Shown: positions 9,031 to 16,752 of the stretch, piece after piece
Layout of the letters: each line of letters opens with the position of its first letter
How positions within the stretch are numbered: position 1 is the first letter of the stretch
Virus record (IMG/VR): IMGVR_UViG_3300033516_000099
Coordinates: 1-31,516 of that record
Source of the DNA: a virus
Taxonomy: Duplodnaviria; Caudoviricetes
DNA: 31,516 nucleotides
Strand: one strand, 5' to 3'
The notes under the pieces: generated by a model
What the model was told of the DNA's origin: nothing
The model's database searches: none
The model's input: the letters and a program-made list of their open reading frames with translations, nothing else
Translations under genes and position numbers: made by a program

Positions 9031-9894
9031 TTACTTTGTGACAACGCCGGCAAACCAGCCGGAAGTATTCAAGAAGTCGTCGCCGTAAACCATACCGTAC
9101 TGATTGAACGACGCCGGTTTTGTTTCCGACGGGCCGTCTTTTACGATAACAGTACCTTCAACAAGACCGAAACAAGAACGTTTGCCACCTACAACGCCGT
9201 ATTCTCCGGCCGCAAGACCGCCGAGAACGCCCGCCGGAAGGTTGTTCGACGAATAGATTTCAACGCCGTAAAGCATGCCGAGACGGCCCGATTCGATTTT
9301 GCCCGAAAGACCTTGGTTCGACGCTTTTGTTCCCAATTCAGTAGTAACATAAATTTCAATGTAGGGCGGAACAACAATCGCGGCGTCGCTTTCGATGTTC
9401 GCTTCTTTCATTTTGGTCGCAAGCGTTTCAATGTACGAAAGCGCCTTTTCGCGTGTATTGATCTGTATCGGTGTACCGGTCACGCCAAGAGTTGCCGAAG
9501 TTGTCGCGCCGGAATGAACGTCGGCAAAAATAGTTTTGTCAATATCGTTCGCGATTTTATACGCCGCTTCATCGGCATAAGCGCCGGCGGTTGTAAGCGC
9601 CGAAGATTCGGCAATGTCGGAATCTTCGAGATAGAAATTGATAAATGGGAAATGGTCAAGAATGATAGTTTCAGAACTTGACGTCGCGTTTTCCGGCGCG
9701 ATTCCGGTTCCGGTGTACTGATTCACTGTAAGATCGCCGACGCGCGGAAATTTGTAAGATGAACCGCGGCCCAGTTCGCGCATTGTGCGAATTGCGACAA
9801 CGTTACGAGCAACCATTGTTTTGTTCAACTTGTCGATAATCATTCCGACAACGACTTCGGCTTGGATAAAATCTGTTAGCTTGCGAAAAGCCAT
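9031..9894 (-). CDS. Major capsid protein (HK97 fold), 287 aa
   Basis: G.SYKFPRVG, AAYKIANDID and GRLGMLYGVEIYSSNNLP motifs. Follows the scaffold gene, has RBS AAAAAGGGG, and is followed by a terminator. Confidence 0.9.
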   Translation of the reverse strand: MAFRKLTDFIQAEVVVGMIIDKLNKTMVARNVVAIRTMRELGRGSSYKFPRVGDLTVNQYTGTGIAPENATSSSETIILDHFPFINFYLEDSDIAESSALTTAGAYADEAAYKIANDIDKTIFADVHSGATTSATLGVTGTPIQINTREKALSYIETLATKMKEANIESDAAIVVPPYIEIYVTTELGTKASNQGLSGKIESGRLGMLYGVEIYSSNNLPAGVLGGLAAGEYGVVGGKRSCFGLVEGTVIVKDGPSETKPASFNQYGMVYGDDFLNTSGWFAGVVTK

Positions 9895-9946
9895 TTCGAA
9901 CCCCTTTTTGTAGTTTGTATCTTTGGCGATTCGTTCGCCGTTTCAA

Positions 9947-9958
9947 TTATTAGGCCGG
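9947..9958 (-). promoter_or_regulatory. Candidate late promoter motif CCGGCCTAATAA
   Basis: Intergenic, about 53 nt upstream of the MCP start. Identical to 6549-6560. Confidence 0.6.
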
Positions 9959-9963
9959 AACGA

Positions 9964-10665
9964 TTAACGCAAACCAGCTTGCGCGCGTATCGTGTCCATA
10001 TTTGCGGCGATTTCAGCCGGTGAAAGTTTGTTTAGTTGTTCAAGAGAAAGCGCGGCCGGTTTCCCGTCAACCTGCGAATGTTGCGGCAAAGAGACGCCGC
10101 GGCGCTGGTCAACAATAACCAAATCGGAATTTTCAGCGACAACGCCGGAAACGTAATCGTCGAAAAGAATCGTTTTGTCGCCGTCAACTTTTACAATCTT
10201 TCCGTCAATAACTTTCAATTTTCCTTCGGCCAGTTCCGCGCGAACGATATGTTTTGAACCTTTTAGTTTCGGCCCGAACGCATCATTCAACGCCTTTTCA
10301 ATGGTTCGCGAAGTTGCGTCGGCTTCGGCTTTTTCGGCTTTCAATCTTTCCGCGTCACGCTCTGCAATAAGTAATTGCACTTGTGATTGTAAACTTGTAA
10401 GTTCGGCCGGCGCGGTCGATACGGTCTTTTTGACATTTTCGACGAAATCTTTCAAAACGCCTTTTTCGGGGTCGAATCCGATTTCGTTCATCATGTCCAA
10501 AAGTTTTTTGCTTTGTCCGCTTTTCTTGTCGTAACTGGTCTTACCGAAATCGGCTTCGGTTTTAACGATTTCGTCAAGTTCCGCGTGCAAAGCCGCGTCG
10601 GTCACTTTCGCTTTAAAAGCCGCGATTTTTTCGTTCAACTTCTTTTCGTGCTCTTCGCGATTCAT
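9964..10665 (-). CDS. Capsid scaffolding protein, 233 aa
   Basis: Charged coiled-coil protein between portal and MCP, with a C-terminal helical capsid-binding-like tail. RBS GAGGTG. Confidence 0.75.
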   Translation of the reverse strand: MNREEHEKKLNEKIAAFKAKVTDAALHAELDEIVKTEADFGKTSYDKKSGQSKKLLDMMNEIGFDPEKGVLKDFVENVKKTVSTAPAELTSLQSQVQLLIAERDAERLKAEKAEADATSRTIEKALNDAFGPKLKGSKHIVRAELAEGKLKVIDGKIVKVDGDKTILFDDYVSGVVAENSDLVIVDQRRGVSLPQHSQVDGKPAALSLEQLNKLSPAEIAANMDTIRAQAGLR

Positions 10666-10713
10666 CTCTTCACCTCTTCGGGTTTTTGGTTTTTCGGTTC
10701 CCTCTTCGGGGTT

Positions 10714-12108
10714 TTACAAAATACTATTATCGGCAATCGTCGAAACCAACTTTTCAACGTCCGTTTCGACGCGATAATGATTCGCCGACATTTTTACCAG
10801 TTCGGCCGCGAAAGTCGCGTTGATTTGCGGCGAAAGGTTCAAATCTAAAATGCGTTCAATCGTCGAAACTTTCCGGTCGAATTCGTCTTGCGTCGGCCTG
10901 TAGTTTTGCGGATAACGAACAACGTAATTTGTTATTTCGCCAGTGATCGCCGTAAACATAAGCGCGACCATTTGTTCAAAACGTTCGGCAACTTTGGCGG
11001 TTCGTTTGATTGCGAAGTTTTGACCTATAAATTCGTAAGAGTAAGAAACGCCGGATTTGCTCGAATTGCCCTTATTGACCGCCGAAGCGCCAAGAACATT
11101 CGCCGCTTCAATAAGCTTTTGCAGTAGATCGCCGGACATATCGTTCATTACGCGCAAAATATCAGAAGCCGGCGAAATCCATGACGGCGCCGATACGGAT
11201 CCGTCATAGTCACCGCCATAAATCAAAAGATTGTCGGCCCCGATTTCGACCGTTCCTTCGTTCGCTCTTGACTGAATCGCCAGCGTCGGAAATGCGCAAA
11301 GGCGTTCAATATTTCTTTGCTCTGAGTCTTTGTTAAAAACTCCGTAGTTCATGCGCGCAATGTCGTATAGTGGCGGTTGTGGCATAACGTCGCGCGATAC
11401 TTTAGAATACAAAGCGACAACCGGTAAAATACCGAATTCGTGGTTCTCTTTTGTTGTCGGCATTTCAACAACCGCGCCGTTTTCAAATGTCACAAGAACG
11501 CTATATTCCGACGTCCATTTGCGATACACACCAACAACAACGCCGTTCGAACTGGTTTCGTTGTACTCATGAAATGAAATCGAAGTAAAGGCCCCGTCGG
11601 AATTCAGATCAAACGAACCAACATCGGCCGCGCTCTTTGTGATAAGATACGGGAACGAGCGGCTTTCGAGCGCTTCGGCCTTTGTGTCGGCGGCGTCCGT
11701 GTCGTTATTCATTACGGCAAAAGAGACGCCATGCAAACGCGAAAGCGTCGTTGCGTACTCCGTTACTTCTTCAATCGGGGTTCCTTTTCTGTCAGCATTC
11801 TGTAGAAACGCCGCGAATAAATCCGAGTCAGTAGAACGCGCCGCGTCTTCGGCGAATACCGGAACAACAAGCGAATCGACGATTCCTTTTACATAATTTT
11901 TGTAGTAAATATTTTTTTTCCGAGCGGCAAGTGACTTTTCTTTTGCGTGGGCAACTAAATAGTCGCCGTTCTGAAAACCGCCGGTTCCGAAATACGCGTT
12001 TTGCGTAAATTGGTAAACATTATCTTTTGTCGGTAGCGTTTCGCTGGCCGAAGCCGCCGTCGCAACAACGGTTTCGGAAACCGTTTCGTTCTTGTAGATT
12101 TCACTCAT
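10714..12108 (-). CDS. Portal protein, 464 aa
   Basis: Follows TerL. YYKNYVKGIVDSLV, PPLYDIARMN and SKSGVS motifs are typical of portals. Confidence 0.85.
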   Translation of the reverse strand: MSEIYKNETVSETVVATAASASETLPTKDNVYQFTQNAYFGTGGFQNGDYLVAHAKEKSLAARKKNIYYKNYVKGIVDSLVVPVFAEDAARSTDSDLFAAFLQNADRKGTPIEEVTEYATTLSRLHGVSFAVMNNDTDAADTKAEALESRSFPYLITKSAADVGSFDLNSDGAFTSISFHEYNETSSNGVVVGVYRKWTSEYSVLVTFENGAVVEMPTTKENHEFGILPVVALYSKVSRDVMPQPPLYDIARMNYGVFNKDSEQRNIERLCAFPTLAIQSRANEGTVEIGADNLLIYGGDYDGSVSAPSWISPASDILRVMNDMSGDLLQKLIEAANVLGASAVNKGNSSKSGVSYSYEFIGQNFAIKRTAKVAERFEQMVALMFTAITGEITNYVVRYPQNYRPTQDEFDRKVSTIERILDLNLSPQINATFAAELVKMSANHYRVETDVEKLVSTIADNSIL

Positions 12109-12125
12109 TTTTGAACCCTTTCGTT

Positions 12126-13403
12126 CTAGTTGTAAAGATTTGCACTTCGGCCCGATTTGAAGCCGGTAAAACAGCCGATTTCCTCTTCGAACCCGTATCG
12201 CAACGCGTCCAAAAGGTGATTGTATTTATCGATTGGTTCGGGGAAAACTTCGCCGTTCTTTTCTTTTCTTGTGTACAATTGCAACTCTTCTTTCGTGTGC
12301 TTGCATCGTGGGTGAACCACTATTTTGCACTGCAAAAGAAAATCGATTCCGCGCAAAATACTTTTCTTCGCTTCGGTCGCTTTTGTCGCATTCAAACCGA
12401 ACGTTTGCAGTTCTCGAATCGACTTCGGTTCGGCCGCGTCAAAATAGATTTTCGGCTTGTATAAATCATTCAAAATGATCTTTTCCTTAATTGCATCGGC
12501 CAAAAGGTCGTTCGTCAATCCGGTTTTATAGATTTCGTCAAATATGTAAATCGTTTTCGTTTTCGCGTCATATCTGCAAAATATCGTTGTGGCGGGGTCA
12601 ATCGTAAACCCGAAGTCGCCGCCAATTTTCAGCGGGAATTTTTTCAAATCGCTGGCGTTGAAATGTTCTTCTTTCCAGTTCTCGAAAACGCGCGAACCAA
12701 GTGTTCCGAAATTGCCTTGCGCGTATACTTCGAAGAAATACGGCGAAGTTTCTTTCAATCCTTCGAGAAAGTCGATTTCCTCTTGTGCGAGAAAACGATT
12801 GTCGCGATATGTTGTTTTCAGAATCAAAAGTTCTTCGGTTTCGTAAAGCCGAATAGAATCGTCAATTCCGTTTTTCTCGAAGTAATCTTTATATAAATAA
12901 TGCGTTTTGTAAATTGGGTTGTACGTCAAAAACGTTTGTTTCATAAACGGCGTTTTCCCGCGCATACGAATGCGTAGTTGTGTAAGCGACGCGCGCGAAA
13001 CTTCCGAAGCTTCTTCGACCCACAATTTCGAAAACGCGGCCCGATGTATCGGCGTGATCGACTTAATCTTTTCAACATCGTCACAACCGACAAATTGCAA
13101 AGAACCGCCAGTTTTCAAACATTCGATAAAAAATTCTGATTTGTTGATTCTGAAATGTTTTTTCAGTTTCATTCGTCGAATTGCTTTTGTCACTTCGAGC
13201 CAAACCGATTTTTTCAACGACGTTTGTGTTTGCCGCGCAACCAAAACCGCTTCGCCGCGCAAAGCCCAAAGAACCGCAAACGTCGTTATCGTGTGCGATT
13301 TCCCCGAAGATCCGCCGCCGTAAACGTGCAAAAGCGGTTGTTTCGCTCTTATTAGCGGTAAATAAGCTTTGTTGAGTTGCCGCGCGTCGAACGTCACTTT
13401 CAT
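12126..13403 (-). CDS. terL: Terminase large subunit, PBSX/SPP1-type
   Basis: Walker A YGGGSSGKS, Walker B LWVEEA, nuclease motifs GGDFGFTIDP, FDAAEPKSI and NHLLDALRY. Confidence 0.95.
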   Translation of the reverse strand: MKVTFDARQLNKAYLPLIRAKQPLLHVYGGGSSGKSHTITTFAVLWALRGEAVLVARQTQTSLKKSVWLEVTKAIRRMKLKKHFRINKSEFFIECLKTGGSLQFVGCDDVEKIKSITPIHRAAFSKLWVEEASEVSRASLTQLRIRMRGKTPFMKQTFLTYNPIYKTHYLYKDYFEKNGIDDSIRLYETEELLILKTTYRDNRFLAQEEIDFLEGLKETSPYFFEVYAQGNFGTLGSRVFENWKEEHFNASDLKKFPLKIGGDFGFTIDPATTIFCRYDAKTKTIYIFDEIYKTGLTNDLLADAIKEKIILNDLYKPKIYFDAAEPKSIRELQTFGLNATKATEAKKSILRGIDFLLQCKIVVHPRCKHTKEELQLYTRKEKNGEVFPEPIDKYNHLLDALRYGFEEEIGCFTGFKSGRSANLYN

Positions 13404-13996
13404 TCGGAATCGTCCGCGTTCGTGAATTCAATATGAATGTCGGAAAATTCGCGGTCGATTTCTTTGTCGCGGTCGATTTCGTGTTCTGTCTTTTTCTTTT
13501 GCAGTCGAAGCGCGGCGCGTTTGTCCGCTTCAATATAACCGTGTTTGCTCTTCAAAAGGAACATTGAAAAAGCGGGATTCAAAGAGCCAACCGAAGCGCC
13601 TTCGATTATCTTTTGTTCTTGAATCGCGCGAAGTATTGCAAACTTCGACGAAATTTCCGCGTCGGTTTCTTGGTAATATTGCCATGAACTTGCAGAAAGC
13701 TTTGGCGCCAGCTTCGCAAGAATCAGAAAATAAGAAATTGAAAAGTTTGTGATTTTCGTCTTGTCGGCGTCTTGCTTTGAAAACTCTTCGATTGCGTCGT
13801 TCATAATCGATACAAGTTCGGCGCGGCTGTATTTCGCGGTCGTTGCTTTTTCGGTTCGGGGAACTGGCGCGCGCTTCTTTTTTTGCGGCGCGGCTTTTGG
13901 CAATGGTTTCGCAACGGGTTTTGTTTCTGCCGTCGCTTTCTTCGGCCGGCCGCGCTTCTTTGGCGCTGGCGCGTTCGGCGGGGTTTGCTTTTGCAT
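13400..13996 (-). CDS. terS: Terminase small subunit with basic N-terminus and AT-hook-like KRGRPKK, 198 aa
   Basis: ATGA overlap with terL. LNPAFSMFLLKSKHGY motif resembles gp3-type TerS. The start is revised to ATG at 13996 (RBS AAGAGG). Confidence 0.8.
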   Translation of the reverse strand: MQKQTPPNAPAPKKRGRPKKATAETKPVAKPLPKAAPQKKKRAPVPRTEKATTAKYSRAELVSIMNDAIEEFSKQDADKTKITNFSISYFLILAKLAPKLSASSWQYYQETDAEISSKFAILRAIQEQKIIEGASVGSLNPAFSMFLLKSKHGYIEADKRAALRLQKKKTEHEIDRDKEIDREFSDIHIEFTNADDSE

Positions 13997-14038
13997 TCGT
14001 TTACCTCTTCGGGATTTTAAAAACTCTTCGGTTTCACA

Positions 14039-14048
14039 TATTAGGCCC
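14039..14048 (-). promoter_or_regulatory. Candidate late promoter motif GGGCCTAATA
   Basis: About 43 nt upstream of terS and directly after a terminator. Confidence 0.55.
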
Positions 14049-14081
14049 AAAAAAGAAAAGGAACCGAAAATTCGATTCCTT
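14049..14081 (-). terminator. Intrinsic terminator closing the cassette array
   Basis: AAGGAATCGA-ATTT-TCGGTTCCTT-TTCTTTTTT. Confidence 0.75.
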
Positions 14082-14140
14082 ACAACAAGCGCGTTCAATA
14101 GATTTTCGCGGCGCTCAAACTATCGACGCTATCGTTATAT
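14080..14140 (+). mobile_element. attC-like recombination site (resident, phage-composition copy), 61 bp
   Basis: TTACAAC AAGCG CGT(T)CAATAG...CTATCGACG CTATC GTTATAT. Imperfect palindrome with AAC/GTT core triplets and an unpaired base at position 9 after AAC. Confidence 0.75.
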
Positions 14141-14314
14141 GTGATTTGTTTCGCTACAACATTTAGGGCAACAGACAGGTGCTCCACACACCAAGCATCT
14201 GTAGATAAGAATAGTCCCACAATGATCGCAAAATTCATTATCGCTTGAATCTGGTAACATATCGGATAATCCGTCTATTGGTTTACCTGTAAGTTCATCA
14301 TACATAATTTTCAT
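14135..14314 (-). CDS. Cassette-borne Cys-rich (zinc-finger-like) microprotein, 59 aa, not in the ORF track
   Basis: MKIMYDELTGKPIDGLSDMLPDSSDNEFCDHCGTILIYRCLVCGAPVCCPKCCSETNHI. The RBS AAAGGG lies inside an attC arm and the TAA stop lies inside the next core site. Confidence 0.8.
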   Translation of the reverse strand: MKIMYDELTGKPIDGLSDMLPDSSDNEFCDHCGTILIYRCLVCGAPVCCPKCCSETNHI

Positions 14315-14377
14315 ACATAACCCTTTCTATTGGTGGTGCTACTCGCACCACTCGTACACACCATAGCGGTGTTATTT
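14315..14377 (+). mobile_element. attC-like recombination site, 63 bp
   Basis: ACATAAC CCTTT CTA(T)TGGTG(G)TG(C)TAC...GTACACACCATAG CGGT GTTATTT. Arms pair perfectly apart from three extrahelical bases. Confidence 0.8.
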
Positions 14378-14533
14378 TGATTCTTCGAAATATTGACAAA
14401 AATCATCATTATCGACAAATGGTTGAATGTAGACAATTCCGTCATCTGGTACATTGTTTTTGTTCTGACACAAATACCCAATATCATTATCATGCGTTGA
14501 GAATGAGCAGTTTTTACAGCATTGCTTTTTCAC
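14372..14533 (-). CDS. Cassette-borne Cys-rich microprotein, 53 aa, not in the ORF track
   Basis: MKKQCCKNCSFSTHDNDIGYLCQNKNNVPDDGIVYIQPFVDNDDFCQYFEESK. The GTG start overlaps the upstream TGA, RBS GAGG, and the TAA stop lies inside a core site. Confidence 0.75.
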   Translation of the reverse strand: MKKQCCKNCSFSTHDNDIGYLCQNKNNVPDDGIVYIQPFVDNDDFCQYFEESK

Positions 14534-14700
14534 ATCTTCCTCACTTTTTCGAGTGCTCTGTCTATTTGTTCAATTCGATCTATACACAGTTGTTTTTCAA
14601 AAGCATTGAAATCGTCATTCTCTACTTCGTTTCTTTTCAAAGTTGTACGAGTAGCGTTTAGGCAAAGCTCGATTATTTCAACATTTTCTTTATTAAGCAT
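14530..14700 (-). CDS. Cassette-borne helical microprotein, 56 aa, not in the ORF track
   Basis: MLNKENVEIIELCLNATRTTLKRNEVENDDFNAFEKQLCIDRIEQIDRALEKVRKM. RBS GGGGG adjoins the core site. Confidence 0.75.
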   Translation of the reverse strand: MLNKENVEIIELCLNATRTTLKRNEVENDDFNAFEKQLCIDRIEQIDRALEKVRKM

Positions 14701-14707
14701 CGTTCCC

Positions 14708-14771
14708 CCATAACCATCTTGGTTCGTGATGGTCTTCGCTTAGGCTCAGTCACACGACCAAGCCGTTATAC
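14708..14771 (+). mobile_element. attC-like recombination site, 64 bp
   Basis: CCATAAC CAT CTTGG(T)TCGTG(A)TG...CACACGACCAAG CC GTTATAC. Two extrahelical bases, at positions 9 and 15 after AAC. Confidence 0.8.
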
Positions 14772-14843
14772 ATTTTTCAAAAGAAAGGCCGACACTCGCC
14801 GGCCCCAAGCAACCGCAAAACCGATACAATACAGTGGCAACAT
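14766..14843 (-). CDS. Putative 25-aa leader peptide ending in the first attC core
   Basis: MLPLYCIGFAVAWGRRVSAFLLKNV. The TAA lies within GTATAAC. No RBS, so possibly leaderless. Confidence 0.35.
   Translation of the reverse strand: MLPLYCIGFAVAWGRRVSAFLLKNV
14779..14804 (-). terminator. Intrinsic terminator/attenuator upstream of the cassette array
   Basis: GGCCGGC-GAGT-GTCGGCC-TTTCTTTT. Confidence 0.7.
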
Positions 14844-14845
14844 TG

Positions 14846-14898
14846 ATTAAAATATATATATATAAACAAAAAACAAACCACAAAAATAAAATATTAGA
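14846..14898 (-). promoter_or_regulatory. AT-rich putative host-type promoter
   Basis: TTTGTTTTTTGTTT...TATATTTTA, similar to the region at 23526-23560. Exact -35/-10 register is ambiguous. Confidence 0.45.
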
Positions 14899-14900
14899 AA

Positions 14901-15515
14901 CTATTCAAAAGCCGGTTCGATCCCTTCGGCCTTGAACAGATCGTCGATACCTTTCGAAATAGTGTCGAACGCTGGTTTTAATCGCTTCGTTTCCGCGTCG
15001 AATAATTCTTGCGTTGAAAGCGTTTCAACTAGATCGGTTTGAATAGTTTCGCCGGCGACATAACGAACGGCAAATTCAAGCATTCGAAACAATTCGTTCG
15101 AAACTGATTCCGGCAATTCGAAGCCGTCGCCGACGTATTCGCCTTTACAGTTGAACAATGCTGGCGCATAATACGAACGGCGTTCGCCAGTTTCAAACTT
15201 TAACGCCGATTTTAATTCGAACGAATGCGCGGTTCCTTTCACCTTCAAACGAAAGTTTTGTTCGTGCAACATCATATTCGACCGGTCGAAGAGCAATTCA
15301 GAAACGTGCGGCAAATATGCGGAATGCGCAAAAAATACGCGCGAAATATCGGCCGCGCATCGCGTGAATTGTTCGGCGAACTCTTCGGACGGCGCCGCGT
15401 CGCTCTTCATCACAAATGTATTTGTCGCGCCTTTTGTGGCGTCGTGCGTTTGATATTCAACGACAGTTTCTTTTGTGGAATCGGAAAATTTGATTCGTTT
15501 AATAAAAGTTTTCAT
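14901..15515 (-). CDS. Hypothetical protein, 204 aa
   Basis: RBS AAAGGG and phage-typical codon usage. Confidence 0.7.
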   Translation of the reverse strand: MKTFIKRIKFSDSTKETVVEYQTHDATKGATNTFVMKSDAAPSEEFAEQFTRCAADISRVFFAHSAYLPHVSELLFDRSNMMLHEQNFRLKVKGTAHSFELKSALKFETGERRSYYAPALFNCKGEYVGDGFELPESVSNELFRMLEFAVRYVAGETIQTDLVETLSTQELFDAETKRLKPAFDTISKGIDDLFKAEGIEPAFE

Positions 15516-15544
15516 TTGAAACCCTTTCGGTTTTTGTTTTTAAG

Positions 15545-15919
15545 TTACGCGCGCCGCTTCAATGTTATTTCAACGCGCGGGTTTTCTTTATCGTAATCGG
15601 GAACCAAAACAACGATTCCCGTGTTTTTCCAGTCGTCGTCTTTCCAAATGCCGTATTCGGTCAAAACGTCTTGAATCGAATCGGCTTTGTTCGTCAAATC
15701 AGCGCGGCGATTGTCGGGAAAGAATATTCGGAACTGCGACATCTCGAACGATTCTTTCCAGCTTTGAAGGCCGGCCGCCGATAGTTGTAAAAGCGCGGAC
15801 CGCCGCCAGCTTTCATATTCTTTCGAACTAAAAATTCCGTTCCGCGCTTTGATCTTTGAATTTTTTTTAGACGGAATTCGGCCGCGAATGACAATTCGCA
15901 AAACGCTATTTTCCATCAT
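15545..15919 (-). CDS. rusA: RusA-like Holliday junction resolvase
   Basis: G.IPSKKNS and FPDNRRADLTN..DSIQDVL...GIWKDDD catalytic motif. ATG at 15919 with RBS AGGG. Confidence 0.85.
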   Translation of the reverse strand: MMENSVLRIVIRGRIPSKKNSKIKARNGIFSSKEYESWRRSALLQLSAAGLQSWKESFEMSQFRIFFPDNRRADLTNKADSIQDVLTEYGIWKDDDWKNTGIVVLVPDYDKENPRVEITLKRRA

Positions 15920-16043
15920 TTGAAACCCTGTCGATGAACTCTTCAAAGAACCGTCGCCGTTCCTTCAAGAACAGCCAAAAAGACCAAAGCCATGCAAAGC
16001 CGACGGCGATAAACAATATCACGAAAAACTTCAACAAATCCAT
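15906..16043 (-). CDS. Small single-TM membrane protein, 45 aa, not in the ORF track
   Basis: MDLLKFFVILFIAVGFAWLWSFWLFLKERRRFFEEFIDRVSNDGK. RBS AAAAGGGG. Fills the gap between its neighbours. Confidence 0.7.
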   Translation of the reverse strand: MDLLKFFVILFIAVGFAWLWSFWLFLKERRRFFEEFIDRVSNDGK

Positions 16044-16054
16044 GCGAACCCCTT

Positions 16055-16732
16055 TTATAAAAATTCTGTCTTCAACAATAACGAACGCGGGAACGCGTAA
16101 CGCTTACCGCTGGCGACGTTTTCCGCTGAAATATAGCCGCCTTTCGTCGCTTTCCCTAATTTGTATATATTCCCGTGTTTACTCTTTAGTTTTGCACCGG
16201 AAACAACGCCGAACAACTTTTCGAACAACAAAAAATATTCGAATTGGTCCTTTTCTCCGATTCTAGTTTCAACGCGAACTAGTTTTTTACAGTCGCTTTC
16301 TTTTGGGTTCAAAATCAAGTCGATTTCAAGATTCAAAAGAGCATACCGACGCAAAAGGTTTTCACGAACGGCGGCCCGAAATGTTTCGGCTTTTTCGCGG
16401 CCGCCCAAAAATGCAAATTGCGCAAACGGAACGGCGAACCAATCTTTCGCCAAAATATAGCCGTCAATCATTCCATTCGACAAAACAGCAAACGAACCAG
16501 TTTGGTACAACGCGGCCGAAAATGCGCGCGTGAACTCTTCATCGTTTTGGCTTTTCATTGCATCGTAAACAAAATCAATCGCCGAAAAAAGAGCGCCGTT
16601 TACGTTCGTAATAAATTCGTCATTCCTTCGCAATTGTTCCGGCGAAATATCCCGCGCGTTTTTTTGTAACACTAACGAACCAGCGCCCCGCCCCGCCTTT
16701 TCCCCTTTTAGATTTGTTTTTTGTCGTTTCAT
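16055..16732 (-). CDS. Hypothetical protein, 225 aa
   Basis: Tiles with neighbouring genes. No motif recognised. Confidence 0.6.
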   Translation of the reverse strand: MKRQKTNLKGEKAGRGAGSLVLQKNARDISPEQLRRNDEFITNVNGALFSAIDFVYDAMKSQNDEEFTRAFSAALYQTGSFAVLSNGMIDGYILAKDWFAVPFAQFAFLGGREKAETFRAAVRENLLRRYALLNLEIDLILNPKESDCKKLVRVETRIGEKDQFEYFLLFEKLFGVVSGAKLKSKHGNIYKLGKATKGGYISAENVASGKRYAFPRSLLLKTEFL

Positions 16733-16752
16733 AGTTTTTCGATTCTTGCAAC

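Noticed and set aside
9918-9925. Bacteroidota-type TAnnTTTG promoter on the + strand
   Set aside because: It is a single antisense instance, and the phage relies on Shine-Dalgarno sites, so it is probably chance. I make no host assignment.
13997-14098. N-terminal extension of terS from the TTG at 14098
   Set aside because: It crosses an attC site, a terminator and the promoter motif. ATG 13996 has an RBS.
14311-14493. 60-aa minus-strand ORF from the track
   Set aside because: It runs through an attC site and lacks an RBS. The 53-aa Cys-rich frame fits the cassette boundaries better.
14080-14771. CRISPR or mini-CRISPR array, or simple terminators
   Set aside because: The palindromes share structure but not sequence, the intervening DNA is full ORFs, and there are no U-tracts.
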